Shown here: piece after piece, positions 20,161 to 30,264 of the stretch
Position numbering within the stretch: the first letter of the stretch is position 1
How the letters are laid out: each line of letters opens with the position of its first letter
Source: an uncultured delta proteobacterium
Lineage (GTDB): Bacteria; Desulfobacterota; Desulfomonilia; UBA1062
Length of the DNA stretch: 64,000 bases
NCBI GenBank assembly: GCA_963785235.1
Contig: CAWAUM010000003.1
Coordinates: 288,001 to 352,000, forward strand
Direction: 5' to 3'
The notes under the pieces: generated by a model
What the model saw: the letters and a program-made list of their open reading frames with translations, nothing else
Database searches by the model: none
Told to the model about the DNA's origin: nothing
Translations under genes and position numbers: made by a program

Positions 20161-20231
20161 ACATGGATACATTCAAACGCTGAATCCGGATTGAAACGCA
20201 GCCGTACAAGGGTGTCTTTATAATGAAATTC

Positions 20232-21953
20232 TCACGCAGCCGAATTGACGCGGGACCCGTTTTCCATATCGCGGAACAGCTCTTCTCTGATCCTGCGGAA
20301 ATCTTCCTCATGGGCCAGGAATGAATCCACAACATCCGGGGCAAAGTGGGTTCCGCGGGTCTCCACAATGATCTCTTTGGCAGCCTGATGTGAGATCGCC
20401 TCTTTGTAAACCCTCTTGGAGGTCAGGGCATCATACACATCGGCCAAGGCAACGATCCGGGCAGACAGGGGAATGTGATCTCCCTTTAAACCACGGGGAT
20501 AGCCGGATCCGTCCCACTTCTCATGGTGGTAAAAGGCGATCTCCTTGCCCAGAGTAAGGAAAGACTGACCTTCGATCTTGCTTTCAACAGCCCTGAGCGC
20601 CTCACCCCCCAATGCCGAGTGGCGTTTGATCTCTTCAAACTCTTCGGGTGTGAGCTTGCCCGGTTTCAGCAGGATCGCATCAGGGACACCTACCTTACCG
20701 ATATCGTGGAGAATGGAGGAGTTATAGATATCATCAATATACTCTGGGGTGATATAACCGGCATACTCGGGTCTCTTTGCAAGATCTTCAGCAAGCACCT
20801 TGGAGTATTCACGGATCCTTTCAAGGTGCGCCCCAGTGTCTGCATCACGATACTCTGCAAGCTTTGCAAGGCCCAGGATCGTTGCATTTCGTGCACTCTG
20901 CACCTTTTTATAGGATTCCAGCAGATCTTTTTCGAGCTTCTTACGGACAGTAATATCCCTGATCACAAGCTGGAATCCGACGATCTGATAATCTTTCATG
21001 ATGCATTTTGCATTACACTCAACATCATAGATTATGCCCTTTTTGTTGATGATCTTGAACTGGATATCCTTGACCATCTGCTCTACAGGCAGCCTTATGA
21101 TCATCCGTTCAACCAGGGTGACATCTGTTGGGTGCACATAACTCAAGAAATTGGAGTGGGTTTTATCATCCACAGAGCCGACAGTCTCAAAGTATCTGGG
21201 ATTGGCCATGAGGATCTTGGAATCCCTGTCCACCAGAAGCACGATATCGATGATGTTCTCATACAGTTCTCGATATCTGAGCTCCGACTCTTCAAGCTGC
21301 TTCACCCGCTTTTCCACCTCTGATTCGAGGTTGTGGGCATAAAAGGAAAGTCTTTCCGCCAGGGTATCCATCTCTGTCTTGAGTTTGACCTCTCTCTGGC
21401 GGGCCCTGGTGTCTTCAAAGCACTTGAGAACGATAATCACGATGAAAGAGGCGAAGAAGAAGCTGTTGCTGAAGAATATTTTCAGGTTGTCAGGGGTCGC
21501 CTGAGAGAAGAGCACGATGGGGACTGCATAAACGATGTAGAGCCCTACCCCCATGATGGCTGCCTGAATGGAATCCAGCGGCAGAATGATCGTCACTGCC
21601 ACCAGCACCATTACTACCCCGACATAATAGAAGGAGTCGTATCCGCCCATATGCACACACATGAGGGTGATAGTCAGACCGGAGACAAGATAAGCTATGA
21701 CGGATATGGGATAAGCGAATTTCCTGCCGTATCCGGAGAAATATACTACAAGAAAAACACTTAAGATTGCCGCACAACCAATTCTATAGAAAAAGAACCG
21801 GGTGAGGTACTGACGCACCACTACAAAGTCGAGGATCGAGAACAGCGGGATCAGAACGATACCGATCAGGAGGATGGCAAGCACCCTCTGATAGTACAAT
21901 TCCCGCGTCTCCGCAAGGAATCGCCCATGCCATGGTTCTCTTACTGAAGACAT
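20232..21953 (-). CDS. Membrane-sensor / PAS / HD-GYP c-di-GMP phosphodiesterase
   Basis: 5-6 TM N-terminus, PAS (VHPTD), DTGAHLERI, LHDIGKVG, HHEKWDGSGYP, ADVYDAL. Confidence 0.9.
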   Translation of the reverse strand: MSSVREPWHGRFLAETRELYYQRVLAILLIGIVLIPLFSILDFVVVRQYLTRFFFYRIGCAAILSVFLVVYFSGYGRKFAYPISVIAYLVSGLTITLMCVHMGGYDSFYYVGVVMVLVAVTIILPLDSIQAAIMGVGLYIVYAVPIVLFSQATPDNLKIFFSNSFFFASFIVIIVLKCFEDTRARQREVKLKTEMDTLAERLSFYAHNLESEVEKRVKQLEESELRYRELYENIIDIVLLVDRDSKILMANPRYFETVGSVDDKTHSNFLSYVHPTDVTLVERMIIRLPVEQMVKDIQFKIINKKGIIYDVECNAKCIMKDYQIVGFQLVIRDITVRKKLEKDLLESYKKVQSARNATILGLAKLAEYRDADTGAHLERIREYSKVLAEDLAKRPEYAGYITPEYIDDIYNSSILHDIGKVGVPDAILLKPGKLTPEEFEEIKRHSALGGEALRAVESKIEGQSFLTLGKEIAFYHHEKWDGSGYPRGLKGDHIPLSARIVALADVYDALTSKRVYKEAISHQAAKEIIVETRGTHFAPDVVDSFLAHEEDFRRIREELFRDMENGSRVNSAA

Positions 21954-21994
21954 ATCATTTCATCCTATCGGCAGATGATCGGCTAAATTAAAAT

Positions 21995-22897
21995 CTAAAA
22001 CAATTTGACCATGTCGGCGAATGGCCTTTCCGAGGTGAAATCAGGATTATAGGTAGAAGGGGCCTCCATGTCCTGGCAATAGAGTGTCTCAAATCCTAAA
22101 GCGGCTGCCCTCTCTATCACCGTGGTGTATTCATCCGAAGTGATGCGGCGCCTCATTTCTGGCAAATCTCCCTGGTAATACTCGGGATTATACTGTGACA
22201 TGATACTTACCGGAATCTCCGGCGAAAGTTCACAAAGGAATTCAAGCACGGAAAACGGATTAGAGAGCATCCCCGGAAGGACAAGATGCCTGACCATCAG
22301 GCCGCTGACCGCCTTTCCTTCACTGTCTGGAACAAGGACACCTGCCGTCTCAAAGAGATATGCAACAGCCTGCTTAGCCACGTCCCAATAGTCATGAACA
22401 CCGCTTAAAACCTTGCCTGCGTTATTATCGCCATACTTGAGATCCATGAGATAAATCTGTGCATGACCCTTCCAGAGCCCCAGGCATTCCAGCGTCTCAT
22501 ATCCGCTTGAATTCACGAGGATCGGGAGCTTTAATCCCAGGGCTCGGGCTTTCTCTATTGCCGTAATGACCCAAGGCGTATAGTGGGTCGGGCTTACCAG
22601 GTTGATGTTTGAACACTGGGCCTCTTCCAGTTCAAGCATGGCATGGGCAAGCTTTTCCGGAGTGAAGGCCCTGCCCTTATTGAAATGGCTTATCTGTTTG
22701 TTCTGGCAATAGCTGCACCTCATGGGGCAGCCGCAGAAGAATATGGCACCCGACCCGGCCCCTGCCACCAGGGGAGGCTCTTCACCTTTATGGACGACTA
22801 CGGCCCCCACCAGGATCTCTTCGCCTACCCTGCAGGCGCCTCTTGCCTTTGAACGATCAATCCCGCACTGCCTGGGGCAGAGGGTGCATCCCCTCAT
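21995..22897 (-). CDS. Radical SAM protein, PflX-like
   Basis: CTLCPRQC, CPMRCSYCQN (CxxxCxxC), NINLVSPTHY, VRHLVLPG. Confidence 0.85.
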   Translation of the reverse strand: MRGCTLCPRQCGIDRSKARGACRVGEEILVGAVVVHKGEEPPLVAGAGSGAIFFCGCPMRCSYCQNKQISHFNKGRAFTPEKLAHAMLELEEAQCSNINLVSPTHYTPWVITAIEKARALGLKLPILVNSSGYETLECLGLWKGHAQIYLMDLKYGDNNAGKVLSGVHDYWDVAKQAVAYLFETAGVLVPDSEGKAVSGLMVRHLVLPGMLSNPFSVLEFLCELSPEIPVSIMSQYNPEYYQGDLPEMRRRITSDEYTTVIERAAALGFETLYCQDMEAPSTYNPDFTSERPFADMVKLF

Positions 22898-24378
22898 GAG
22901 GCCCCTTTGAGAATATCCACCAGGACCTTGCCTTCTTCATTCCTGGGGATCTCGGGTACGAATTCAACCTTTCTCGGGGTCTTGAAGGGCGCAAGCTGCT
23001 TGCGTGCAAACTTTTTCACCTCATCTTCACTCAGGGCTGCATCATCGCGGACGATAAAGGCCTTGATGACTGCACCCCTCATGAGGTCGGGCTCTCCGAT
23101 AATGGCTGAATCACGAATGCCCGGCATGGAATTGAGCACATTTTCCACCTCGCGTGAATAGACATTGAACCCTGAGGTGATGACCATGTCCTTCATATAT
23201 CCGGTTATGTAGATATAGCCATCCTCATCCATATATCCGAGGTCTCCAGTATGGAGCCAACCATCGGTTATGATCCTTTTGGTCTCCTGATCATTTTTGT
23301 AGTAGCCCTTCATGATATTGGGGCCCTTAAAGAGAAGCTCACCCACCTCGCCCGGCTTGAGGATATTCCCCTTATTGTCTTCCACCCTGGCAGTAACGCC
23401 AATTACCGCAGTGCCAATGGAGGTAGGCTTAATGGGGAGGTGCTTCTGGTTCACCGAGCAGACCGGAGATGCCTCGGTAATGCCATAACCCTGCCGGATA
23501 TCCGCATGAAACGTCTGCTTGAAGGCATCATACACCTCGATGGGCAGGGCCGACCCCCCGGCAATGAGTGTCTTCATGCGTGTGTAGTCGATACCGGCAA
23601 GATCAGGATGAAAAACAAGGCCGTAGAACAGTGTGGGGACCGCGCTAATAATGGTTATGCCGCAAGCGGCAAGGGCATGGTGCAGCTCCCTGAAATCAAG
23701 CTTCTTCATGAGGTAGATTGTGCCCCCGTAGCGGAGCATGGAAAGCATATTCACGCTTGCGCTGAAGGAATGGAAACAGGGAATGACGGTTAACGCGCTG
23801 TCGCTGTCATCGCAATCCATAGAGATCCGCATAAGGTCGGAATTATGATCAAGGTTGCCCTGGGTAAGCATGGCGCCCATGGGATACCCGGTGAGCCCTG
23901 ATGAGTAGATCATAGCCGCCACATCATCCCTGTCCATGTCTTCGACTATGCCGCTTCCTCTTTCAGCTATCCAGCGGGAAAAATTGCCATCCTTACCGGT
24001 TGTGATGACGTTTGTCTGGGGACATTCACCGGCAATGGCCTCATAGGTTCCGATGTTGCTGTGTTCGATGATAAGGGCCTTGGATTCGGAGTCGGCCAGT
24101 ATATGCTTAAGCTCACGCGATGTATAGGAAGGGTTTACGGGTGTGACAACAGCACCGATACCTATGACAGCCATGTAGGTGATGATAAACTCAGGCATGT
24201 TGGGCAGCATGAGAGTTACATGGTCACCAGGCGCTATGCCTGCCCTGGACAGGGATGTCCCAAAGGAGTCGGAGAGACTATAGAGTTCTCCGTAGGAAAT
24301 CTCCGAGTCCTTTAACCTGATGGCAATTTTGGCGGGCCTTGCCTTTGCGTGTGCTTTCAGCCACGAATAGAGATTCAT
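22894..24378 (-). CDS. Long-chain fatty acid--CoA ligase (AMP-binding)
   Basis: YSSGLTGYP, QGYGITEAS, WLHTGDLG; ATGA overlap with radical SAM gene. Confidence 0.9.
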   Translation of the reverse strand: MNLYSWLKAHAKARPAKIAIRLKDSEISYGELYSLSDSFGTSLSRAGIAPGDHVTLMLPNMPEFIITYMAVIGIGAVVTPVNPSYTSRELKHILADSESKALIIEHSNIGTYEAIAGECPQTNVITTGKDGNFSRWIAERGSGIVEDMDRDDVAAMIYSSGLTGYPMGAMLTQGNLDHNSDLMRISMDCDDSDSALTVIPCFHSFSASVNMLSMLRYGGTIYLMKKLDFRELHHALAACGITIISAVPTLFYGLVFHPDLAGIDYTRMKTLIAGGSALPIEVYDAFKQTFHADIRQGYGITEASPVCSVNQKHLPIKPTSIGTAVIGVTARVEDNKGNILKPGEVGELLFKGPNIMKGYYKNDQETKRIITDGWLHTGDLGYMDEDGYIYITGYMKDMVITSGFNVYSREVENVLNSMPGIRDSAIIGEPDLMRGAVIKAFIVRDDAALSEDEVKKFARKQLAPFKTPRKVEFVPEIPRNEEGKVLVDILKGAS

Positions 24379-24396
24379 ACCCCTCCCCTCATCATA

Positions 24397-25026
24397 TCAA
24401 GTCATCTTTACAATGATGTCGCTTATGATATTGGCAGCCTCATCGCCTCTATCAGCGGCATTGCTCAAGTGCCGGTAGATCTCCCTCATCTTGAGCATGT
24501 AGACCGGGTCATTACCCTCAAAAAGGTCTCCCAGGGCTGTCCGGTACTCTTTTTCCATCTTGTTCTCGTATCCTTTTGCCTCGCGAGCGTGCTCCATGGC
24601 GACGTTGGGATAGTACTGAAGATTTTTCAGAGCTGCATTCAATTCCTTGCATTCCTTCTTAAGGATCTCAGTCATGGCACGGATATGATCGTCAACCTGA
24701 ACCTTGTATATCTGCATCTCATACACCGTTGTGCAGGCATAGTCCATTACGTCATCAATAGCCCTGGATAATGAAAAGATGTCCTCCCTGTCAATAGGGG
24801 TGATGAAGGTCTGGTTGAGGTGATCAATGATTATCCTTCTCAGATCATCGGCCTCCATCTCGATGTCTTTTACGTGCTCGGCATTCTCTTTGGTGCTCTC
24901 CGATACAAATTCACACAGGGCACCTAAGCCTTCCAGGGTCTTTCTGCCCTGGTCATAGAGAAGCATAAAGAAGTTATCGTCGGGTTTTTTCCTTTTCCAC
25001 CACATGCATAAATCCTTTGATATCAT
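24397..25026 (-). CDS. DUF47 (PhoU-like) phosphate transport regulator
   Basis: E.EAD...TFITPIDREDI...DDVMD. Confidence 0.9.
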   Translation of the reverse strand: MISKDLCMWWKRKKPDDNFFMLLYDQGRKTLEGLGALCEFVSESTKENAEHVKDIEMEADDLRRIIIDHLNQTFITPIDREDIFSLSRAIDDVMDYACTTVYEMQIYKVQVDDHIRAMTEILKKECKELNAALKNLQYYPNVAMEHAREAKGYENKMEKEYRTALGDLFEGNDPVYMLKMREIYRHLSNAADRGDEAANIISDIIVKMT

Positions 25027-25080
25027 CCTATCATATATTGTCTCGGGTAGTTGCGGAAAATAGTTTACCTATACCGATTC

Positions 25081-25353
25081 TCATTGGTTTGCACGGACCT
25101 TGATGCAGAAATTATAACAGTCGAAGTCCTCAGGGCTGTCCTCCTGGTAGAAACGGTTTGTCCGGCAGAATACCTCGAGTTCGGTGTTGTTCTGGTTAAT
25201 GCAGATTGTACAAAATGATTCCATAGTGAGATGAAGCTCACTCTTCAACTTATGCTTGCGATACTTGGGGCATGACACACAGTCTTCAACAGGACCGGTC
25301 CTGAGCCTGCACCATGCACAGTGTATCTTTCGAAAATCCATGCAGGGTAACAT
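25081..25353 (-). CDS. Small Cys-rich hypothetical protein
   Basis: CAWC, CVSC, CTIC, CYNFC pattern; start uncertain (25353 or 25341). Confidence 0.5.
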   Translation of the reverse strand: MLPCMDFRKIHCAWCRLRTGPVEDCVSCPKYRKHKLKSELHLTMESFCTICINQNNTELEVFCRTNRFYQEDSPEDFDCYNFCIKVRANQ

Positions 25354-25763
25354 AACCTTTTGATCGAACTAAGGGCAAGGGGGATGTGTAAAGAAATATC
25401 CGTGATCAGTGGCGCGTGGTGAGTCAAAGGAAATAAAAACTCTTCTTCCATAACTGTAATAACCAGGGGGAGAATCATTCAACACCTGCTGGGGTATTTA
25501 GCATCAGCCCTGACATAATAGATTATTTTCAGAGATCCACGGTTGATCACCTGAAAATGGAACTAACGAGTCATCGAAGAAATCTCTGCTTTAGATAACT
25601 TCACCATGTTAATCTGCTAGATGTCATTAGACTTTTCTGTCGAGTTCACAAGGAACATTATCAAAGAGTCCGGACACATATACATTCATATCTTGAAAAT
25701 CTCTCGCCATCTATTAATAATTGTTAGTACCCTAGTTTAGTTGAAGGAATAAGGAGGGACTCT

Positions 25764-26162
25764 ATGAAATCTATTATGAGAAATCGCATCTTAGCAGCAT
25801 TTGTAACCTTCCATATGTTCTTATTTGTTACTTCTCCTTCTTTTGCCGCCATGATCCCATCTTTGGGTTCATCGACACAGGATAGAAGCTGCTCTCTTCA
25901 AGGAGATATAACCACGATCCAACAGACCTTGGAAACAAAGATTGTGCAGGAGAAACTCAAAGCCTATGGGCTCTCTGCAGATGAGGTGACATCGAAAATC
26001 ATATCAATGACACCTCATCAGATTCATTTGTTGGCTGTTGCCTCCCCTGACATTTTAACAGGTGGTGACGCTGGAACCGTTATTTTAGTTGTTGGCGTGG
26101 CTATGACGGTCTTTGCTCTTTATACACTTACTAATTTTATCATTGGGAGTTCCACAAAATAA
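25764..26162 (+). CDS. PA2779-family exported protein
   Basis: Signal peptide, VQEKLKAYGLSADEV...MTPHQIHLLA, GGDAG plus C-terminal TM; RBS AAGGAGG. Confidence 0.75.
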   Translation: MKSIMRNRILAAFVTFHMFLFVTSPSFAAMIPSLGSSTQDRSCSLQGDITTIQQTLETKIVQEKLKAYGLSADEVTSKIISMTPHQIHLLAVASPDILTGGDAGTVILVVGVAMTVFALYTLTNFIIGSSTK

Positions 26163-26530
26163 ATAGTGCAACCGTGGAAATTGATGCTGCAGATAATGAT
26201 CCCTATCGCAGAATCCATACAATCAGAAAAAGGAGACAGATTTATTATTCACAATGCACCTGACTATCGGTTCCATCTGACGGCTTACAACCGTTGGTAA
26301 TCTATGCCGTTAACATTAAAAGTATAGATCACGTGCCATTATCAATGCTTTGATATTATTGTATGTTTCTAGACATAATCTATGCTCGTCGATGAAATAA
26401 ACGAACGATCTCTATAAGCACTTGAAGCATAATCGTGAGTATAGATAGCTGTAATAACTCAATAATTAAGGCATCAGAAAATCTAGGATATCCGAAAGAA
26501 CTCTATCCACTTCCGAATGATCCCTTTTGA

Positions 26531-26791
26531 TTACCGCCGATACACTTCCCTTCTATGAGCTGTCTCGATAATGCAAATGACAAGTTCCTTGTCTCTAACT
26601 TCATACAGGATGCGGTAGTCTCCAACTCTTATCCTGTAGATATCATCTTGGCCTTTTATCTTTTCTGCGCCTATAGGACGGGGATTTTCCTGTAAGTCGT
26701 TTATTACAGGCTTTAGTCGCTGCTGAATATCCCTCGGCAACTTACGGAATGACCTTGCAGCATGATTATTGAAAGTGACAAGATACGACAT
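26531..26791 (-). CDS. relE: Type II toxin RelE/ParE family
   Basis: NPRPIGAEKIKG, YRIRVGDYRILY, HRREVYR. Confidence 0.92.
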   Translation of the reverse strand: MSYLVTFNNHAARSFRKLPRDIQQRLKPVINDLQENPRPIGAEKIKGQDDIYRIRVGDYRILYEVRDKELVICIIETAHRREVYRR

Positions 26792-27040
26792 TTACAAGTC
26801 GAGCTCTTTTTTCAAGTCTTCCCAGGAAATGTTCTCGCCACCTTCTGCAAGTGATTTCCGCACTGCATCCAAGTCCAACCTGTTCTCGATCTCACTAAGG
26901 AGTTTGTAGTCTTCAACGGAGACGATCACGGCGACATCCTTGCCGCTGCGCTGAAGGGCGATGCGATCTCCGGTATACGCTACCCTATTCACGGCTTCGG
27001 AAATATCCTTCCTCAGTTCGCTTGTTGTCATTCGTCTCAT
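26792..27040 (-). CDS. Phd/YefM family antitoxin
   Basis: SELRKDISEAVNRV...RSGKDVAVIVSVEDY; abuts toxin. Confidence 0.9.
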   Translation of the reverse strand: MRRMTTSELRKDISEAVNRVAYTGDRIALQRSGKDVAVIVSVEDYKLLSEIENRLDLDAVRKSLAEGGENISWEDLKKELDL

Positions 27041-27054
27041 GGTTATGCCCCTTT

Positions 27055-27083
27055 TGTATTATTTGTACATATTGTACTGTATC
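27055..27083. promoter_or_regulatory. Putative TA operator: TGTAY repeats at 9 bp period
   Basis: TGTATT 27055, TGTACA 27064, TGTACT 27073 just upstream of antitoxin. Confidence 0.45.
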
Positions 27084-27360
27084 GTCATCTGATACTGATT
27101 TCAAGAGGAATTCTGATAATTATTCAGACCAGCATGGCCTATGGATGTTAAGCATTGTGTCTCCTCTTATTAGAAAATGCAAATTATAAATATCTGTAAT
27201 ATATGTGAACTCCAATGCTGGCCTTAAAAGATTAGATACTTGAATTATATTTATCAGCGAAAGAATAAGAAATTCTGTCCAAAAATCATCAGTCCCATCT
27301 CCATACACTCAACCAGAGATTATGATCAAAACTATTCAATTTTTTAAAGATGTAGATTCC

Positions 27361-30264
27361 TCAAATTTTTTTCTGCATCCCGAGGGCCTTCATGCGGGAA
27401 TAGAGGCTTGTACGCTTCATGCCGAGGATCTCGGCCGCTCCGCTGGGGCCGCTTACCCTGCCCTTCGTGTATTCGAAGATATGCCTGATATACCTCCGCT
27501 GCAGCTCATCGAGTGTGGGCAGGTCATCGAAGGTTCCCTTCGCTCCTGACTGGGGCCCTGCGGGGAACAGCGGTATCTGAAATTCTTGACCCTTGGTAAG
27601 GATAACTGCCCGCTCAATGACGTTCTGCAGTTCGCGGACATTGCCGGGCCAGGCATATCTCATCAGCATGCCCACATCTTTTTGTGAAAGCTCAAGGCCC
27701 GGACGACCGTACTTTTTTGCATAGAATTCTATGAAATACCTCGCCAGCTCCATGATGTCTTCCTCGCGATCCCTCAGGGGAGGCATGAGCAGGGGAAAAA
27801 CGTTCAGACGATAGAAGAGATCTTCACGGAACCGGCCTGCAGCGACCTCGTCCTTGAGGGTGCGGTTGGTGGCTGCGATGAGGCGGAAATCCGACCTGAT
27901 GGACCGTCCGCCGCCGATCCTGACAAAGGTCTTTTCCTCCAGGGTTTTCAGGAGTTTTGTCTGGAGATGAAGCGGGAGTTCGCCGATCTCGTCCAGGAAG
28001 AGCGTGCCGTTATGCGCCAGTTCGACCCTGCCCAGTTTCTGTCTGTCCGCACCGGTGAAGGCGCCTTTCTCGTAACCGAAAAGCTCGCTCTCCACCAGGT
28101 TTTCCGGTATCGTGGCGCAGTCTACCACGATGAACGCCCCCCCGGATCTACGGCTGTTCTCGTGGATCCACTGTGCGAACACCCCTTTGCCGGTACCGGT
28201 TTCACCGGTGAGGAGCACGGTCGAATCCGTCGTGGCCACCTGGCCTGACATGGCCAGCTGCTCCCTCATGATCTTCGACCCGGCGATGAGCCGGGACTTC
28301 CTGAACTCCTGCTGCGAGGCATCCCGCTCGCGAAAGAGCTTCTCCTTCTCTTCCCTCACCCTCATGGTATTCAGAAGAAAATTGACCGTATCGGACGTGT
28401 GCCTGGAAAGGAGCGTCATCATGGCGGGATCCAGGAAGTCAAAGGCATCCTGCATGTATGAGTTGTCGTGGTACAGGACGCCGCGCGTCATGCCCTGCAC
28501 CTCAAAAGGTAGGCACAGGACAGAGCGGATCTTTTCCCCCTTCACGGCCCGCGCCGAAGGATCGTTCCTGACGACCAGGGGCTTGTTCGCCCTGAAGGCC
28601 TTGAGCACGTGCTCCAGGTACGGCTTGAACCGGGGTGAGTCAACCTCCTCTTTTGTCAGGTTGCTCGCCGCACGCAGCTCCGGCCTGCTGGTGTACTTCC
28701 CTTCGGCAAACCAGAAAATGCCGCCCCGCTCGGCGCCAAAGAACCGGTTGGTGGAGATGATGGTCTTGTGCAGTGTCTCTTCCTGACCCATGCTGGATCT
28801 GATGGAATCCATCTCCTCGAAATAGTGTCTGAGATACTCGTCCCTGGCGGATTGGGTATCCGGGGCCAGCAGCTTTTTTTCCAGGAGGGCCTTGTACTGG
28901 TCCGGGAAGAAATCGGCTGCATGTCCGCCGAACAAGTGCCATGCCTCCTGCGCATAAGCCTTTGCGGCTTCTTTGTTGTTGTTGAGGAGCTCGAGGTGAG
29001 CCATCTCGAGGACCGTCTTTGCCAGCTGTATGTGGTTTCCAGACAGCTCGAGGCATGTCCTGCTGGCTTCAAGGTCGGCCATTATTGGTTTCTTCTTCAC
29101 ATAGCCCTGATCCATCTTCTCCCGTGCCCGCAGGCGGAGCGCCACGCCCCTCAGATGCACGTTGACCCCGTTCAGGGTTGTCTCCACTATATCGCGGTAA
29201 TTCCAGTGCGGCAGCGGTTTGAATCCGAGCCTGTGGAACTCGTAGCCGATCTCGAGAACCCATGGTGAAGAGAACTGCTGGATGAGTCCTACCTGCAGCG
29301 CCTTTTGTACGGTATCCTGTAGTGCCTCATAACTCTTTTCCATATCACCCTTCATGAAATAGAGAAGACTAAGGCCGCCTCCGGAATAGTGGTACCCGAA
29401 GGCATTGCCTGCTTCAATCGACTCCTGCCTGGCCTTTTTGAGGTGGAACTCGGCCTCGTCATATTTCCTCACCAGGACCAGGGTTGTGCCCAGCACGGTC
29501 CTCAGGACCGAGACTATGGGCTTATTGGACTTCTCCTCGGCCAGGCGGAGATTGGAATCCAGGAACCCGAAGGCCCGATGGAACTGGCCAAGGTACAACG
29601 CACTGTAGCTGAAGAGGAGATAGGTCAGGGGCTGTGTGTACTCTTCTTTGATGCCGACGAGGTTTTCAAGATACTCCAGGTGTTTCATCACCTCCCGGAA
29701 CTGGCCCTTCATGAAATAGAACACGGCGATGAATTCGGCGGACTGGGAGAGGATGTCTTCGTCTCCGATCTCGTTCACCTTGTCCAGTCCTACGGATAAG
29801 GAAAGGAAGGCCTCATCCCTGCGGCCGGTGAAATAGTAGAGCATGCCCTTATGGAGGTTGATCAGGGCCTGGGATCGTTTATCTCCCAGCCTGGTTGCCA
29901 GTGCCTGGGCTGTTTCCAGGATTTCTCCCAGTTCGGTGATCCCCTTGCCCAGCACATAGCAGAGGTTCGAGAGCTTCAGGCTGCGGGAGATGTACAGGGC
30001 GCTGGTGTCGGGATCCAGGTCCAGGTTTTTCAGCCTTCCGACCGCCCTCATGAGGGATTCATGGACTGCTTCGAGATTCCTTTTTCCGCCCAGGTCCCTG
30101 TCGGCAATTTCGAATTCCATCCTACTGGCCTCGACAGCCCAGCCGATCTTTTCCAGGAGAACTATGAGGACATCCGGATCCAGGTCCCTGTCGATCTTCT
30201 TCGCATAGACGGCATCCACCAGGGCAGAGAGGTTCTTCTTCGAATTGATTCCCCTGATCTTCTT
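27361..30264 (-). CDS. Large sigma54-dependent Fis-family activator (TPR-like + GAF + AAA+ + HTH), apparently 5'-truncated
   Basis: [41 protein letters not shown]; GAF SVLCLPF..GVLYHDN; frame open upstream into the divergent gene with no RBS. Confidence 0.8.
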   Translation of the reverse strand, partial: KKIRGINSKKNLSALVDAVYAKKIDRDLDPDVLIVLLEKIGWAVEASRMEFEIADRDLGGKRNLEAVHESLMRAVGRLKNLDLDPDTSALYISRSLKLSNLCYVLGKGITELGEILETAQALATRLGDKRSQALINLHKGMLYYFTGRRDEAFLSLSVGLDKVNEIGDEDILSQSAEFIAVFYFMKGQFREVMKHLEYLENLVGIKEEYTQPLTYLLFSYSALYLGQFHRAFGFLDSNLRLAEEKSNKPIVSVLRTVLGTTLVLVRKYDEAEFHLKKARQESIEAGNAFGYHYSGGGLSLLYFMKGDMEKSYEALQDTVQKALQVGLIQQFSSPWVLEIGYEFHRLGFKPLPHWNYRDIVETTLNGVNVHLRGVALRLRAREKMDQGYVKKKPIMADLEASRTCLELSGNHIQLAKTVLEMAHLELLNNNKEAAKAYAQEAWHLFGGHAADFFPDQYKALLEKKLLAPDTQSARDEYLRHYFEEMDSIRSSMGQEETLHKTIISTNRFFGAERGGIFWFAEGKYTSRPELRAASNLTKEEVDSPRFKPYLEHVLKAFRANKPLVVRNDPSARAVKGEKIRSVLCLPFEVQGMTRGVLYHDNSYMQDAFDFLDPAMMTLLSRHTSDTVNFLLNTMRVREEKEKLFRERDASQQEFRKSRLIAGSKIMREQLAMSGQVATTDSTVLLTGETGTGKGVFAQWIHENSRRSGGAFIVVDCATIPENLVESELFGYEKGAFTGADRQKLGRVELAHNGTLFLDEIGELPLHLQTKLLKTLEEKTFVRIGGGRSIRSDFRLIAATNRTLKDEVAAGRFREDLFYRLNVFPLLMPPLRDREEDIMELARYFIEFYAKKYGRPGLELSQKDVGMLMRYAWPGNVRELQNVIERAVILTKGQEFQIPLFPAGPQSGAKGTFDDLPTLDELQRRYIRHIFEYTKGRVSGPSGAAEILGMKRTSLYSRMKALGMQKKI

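Noticed and set aside
20523-21764. Long antisense ORFs (also 7474-8319, 15222-16025, 42351-43103, 44323-45090)
   Set aside because: Shadow frames of well-supported genes with no motifs or RBS
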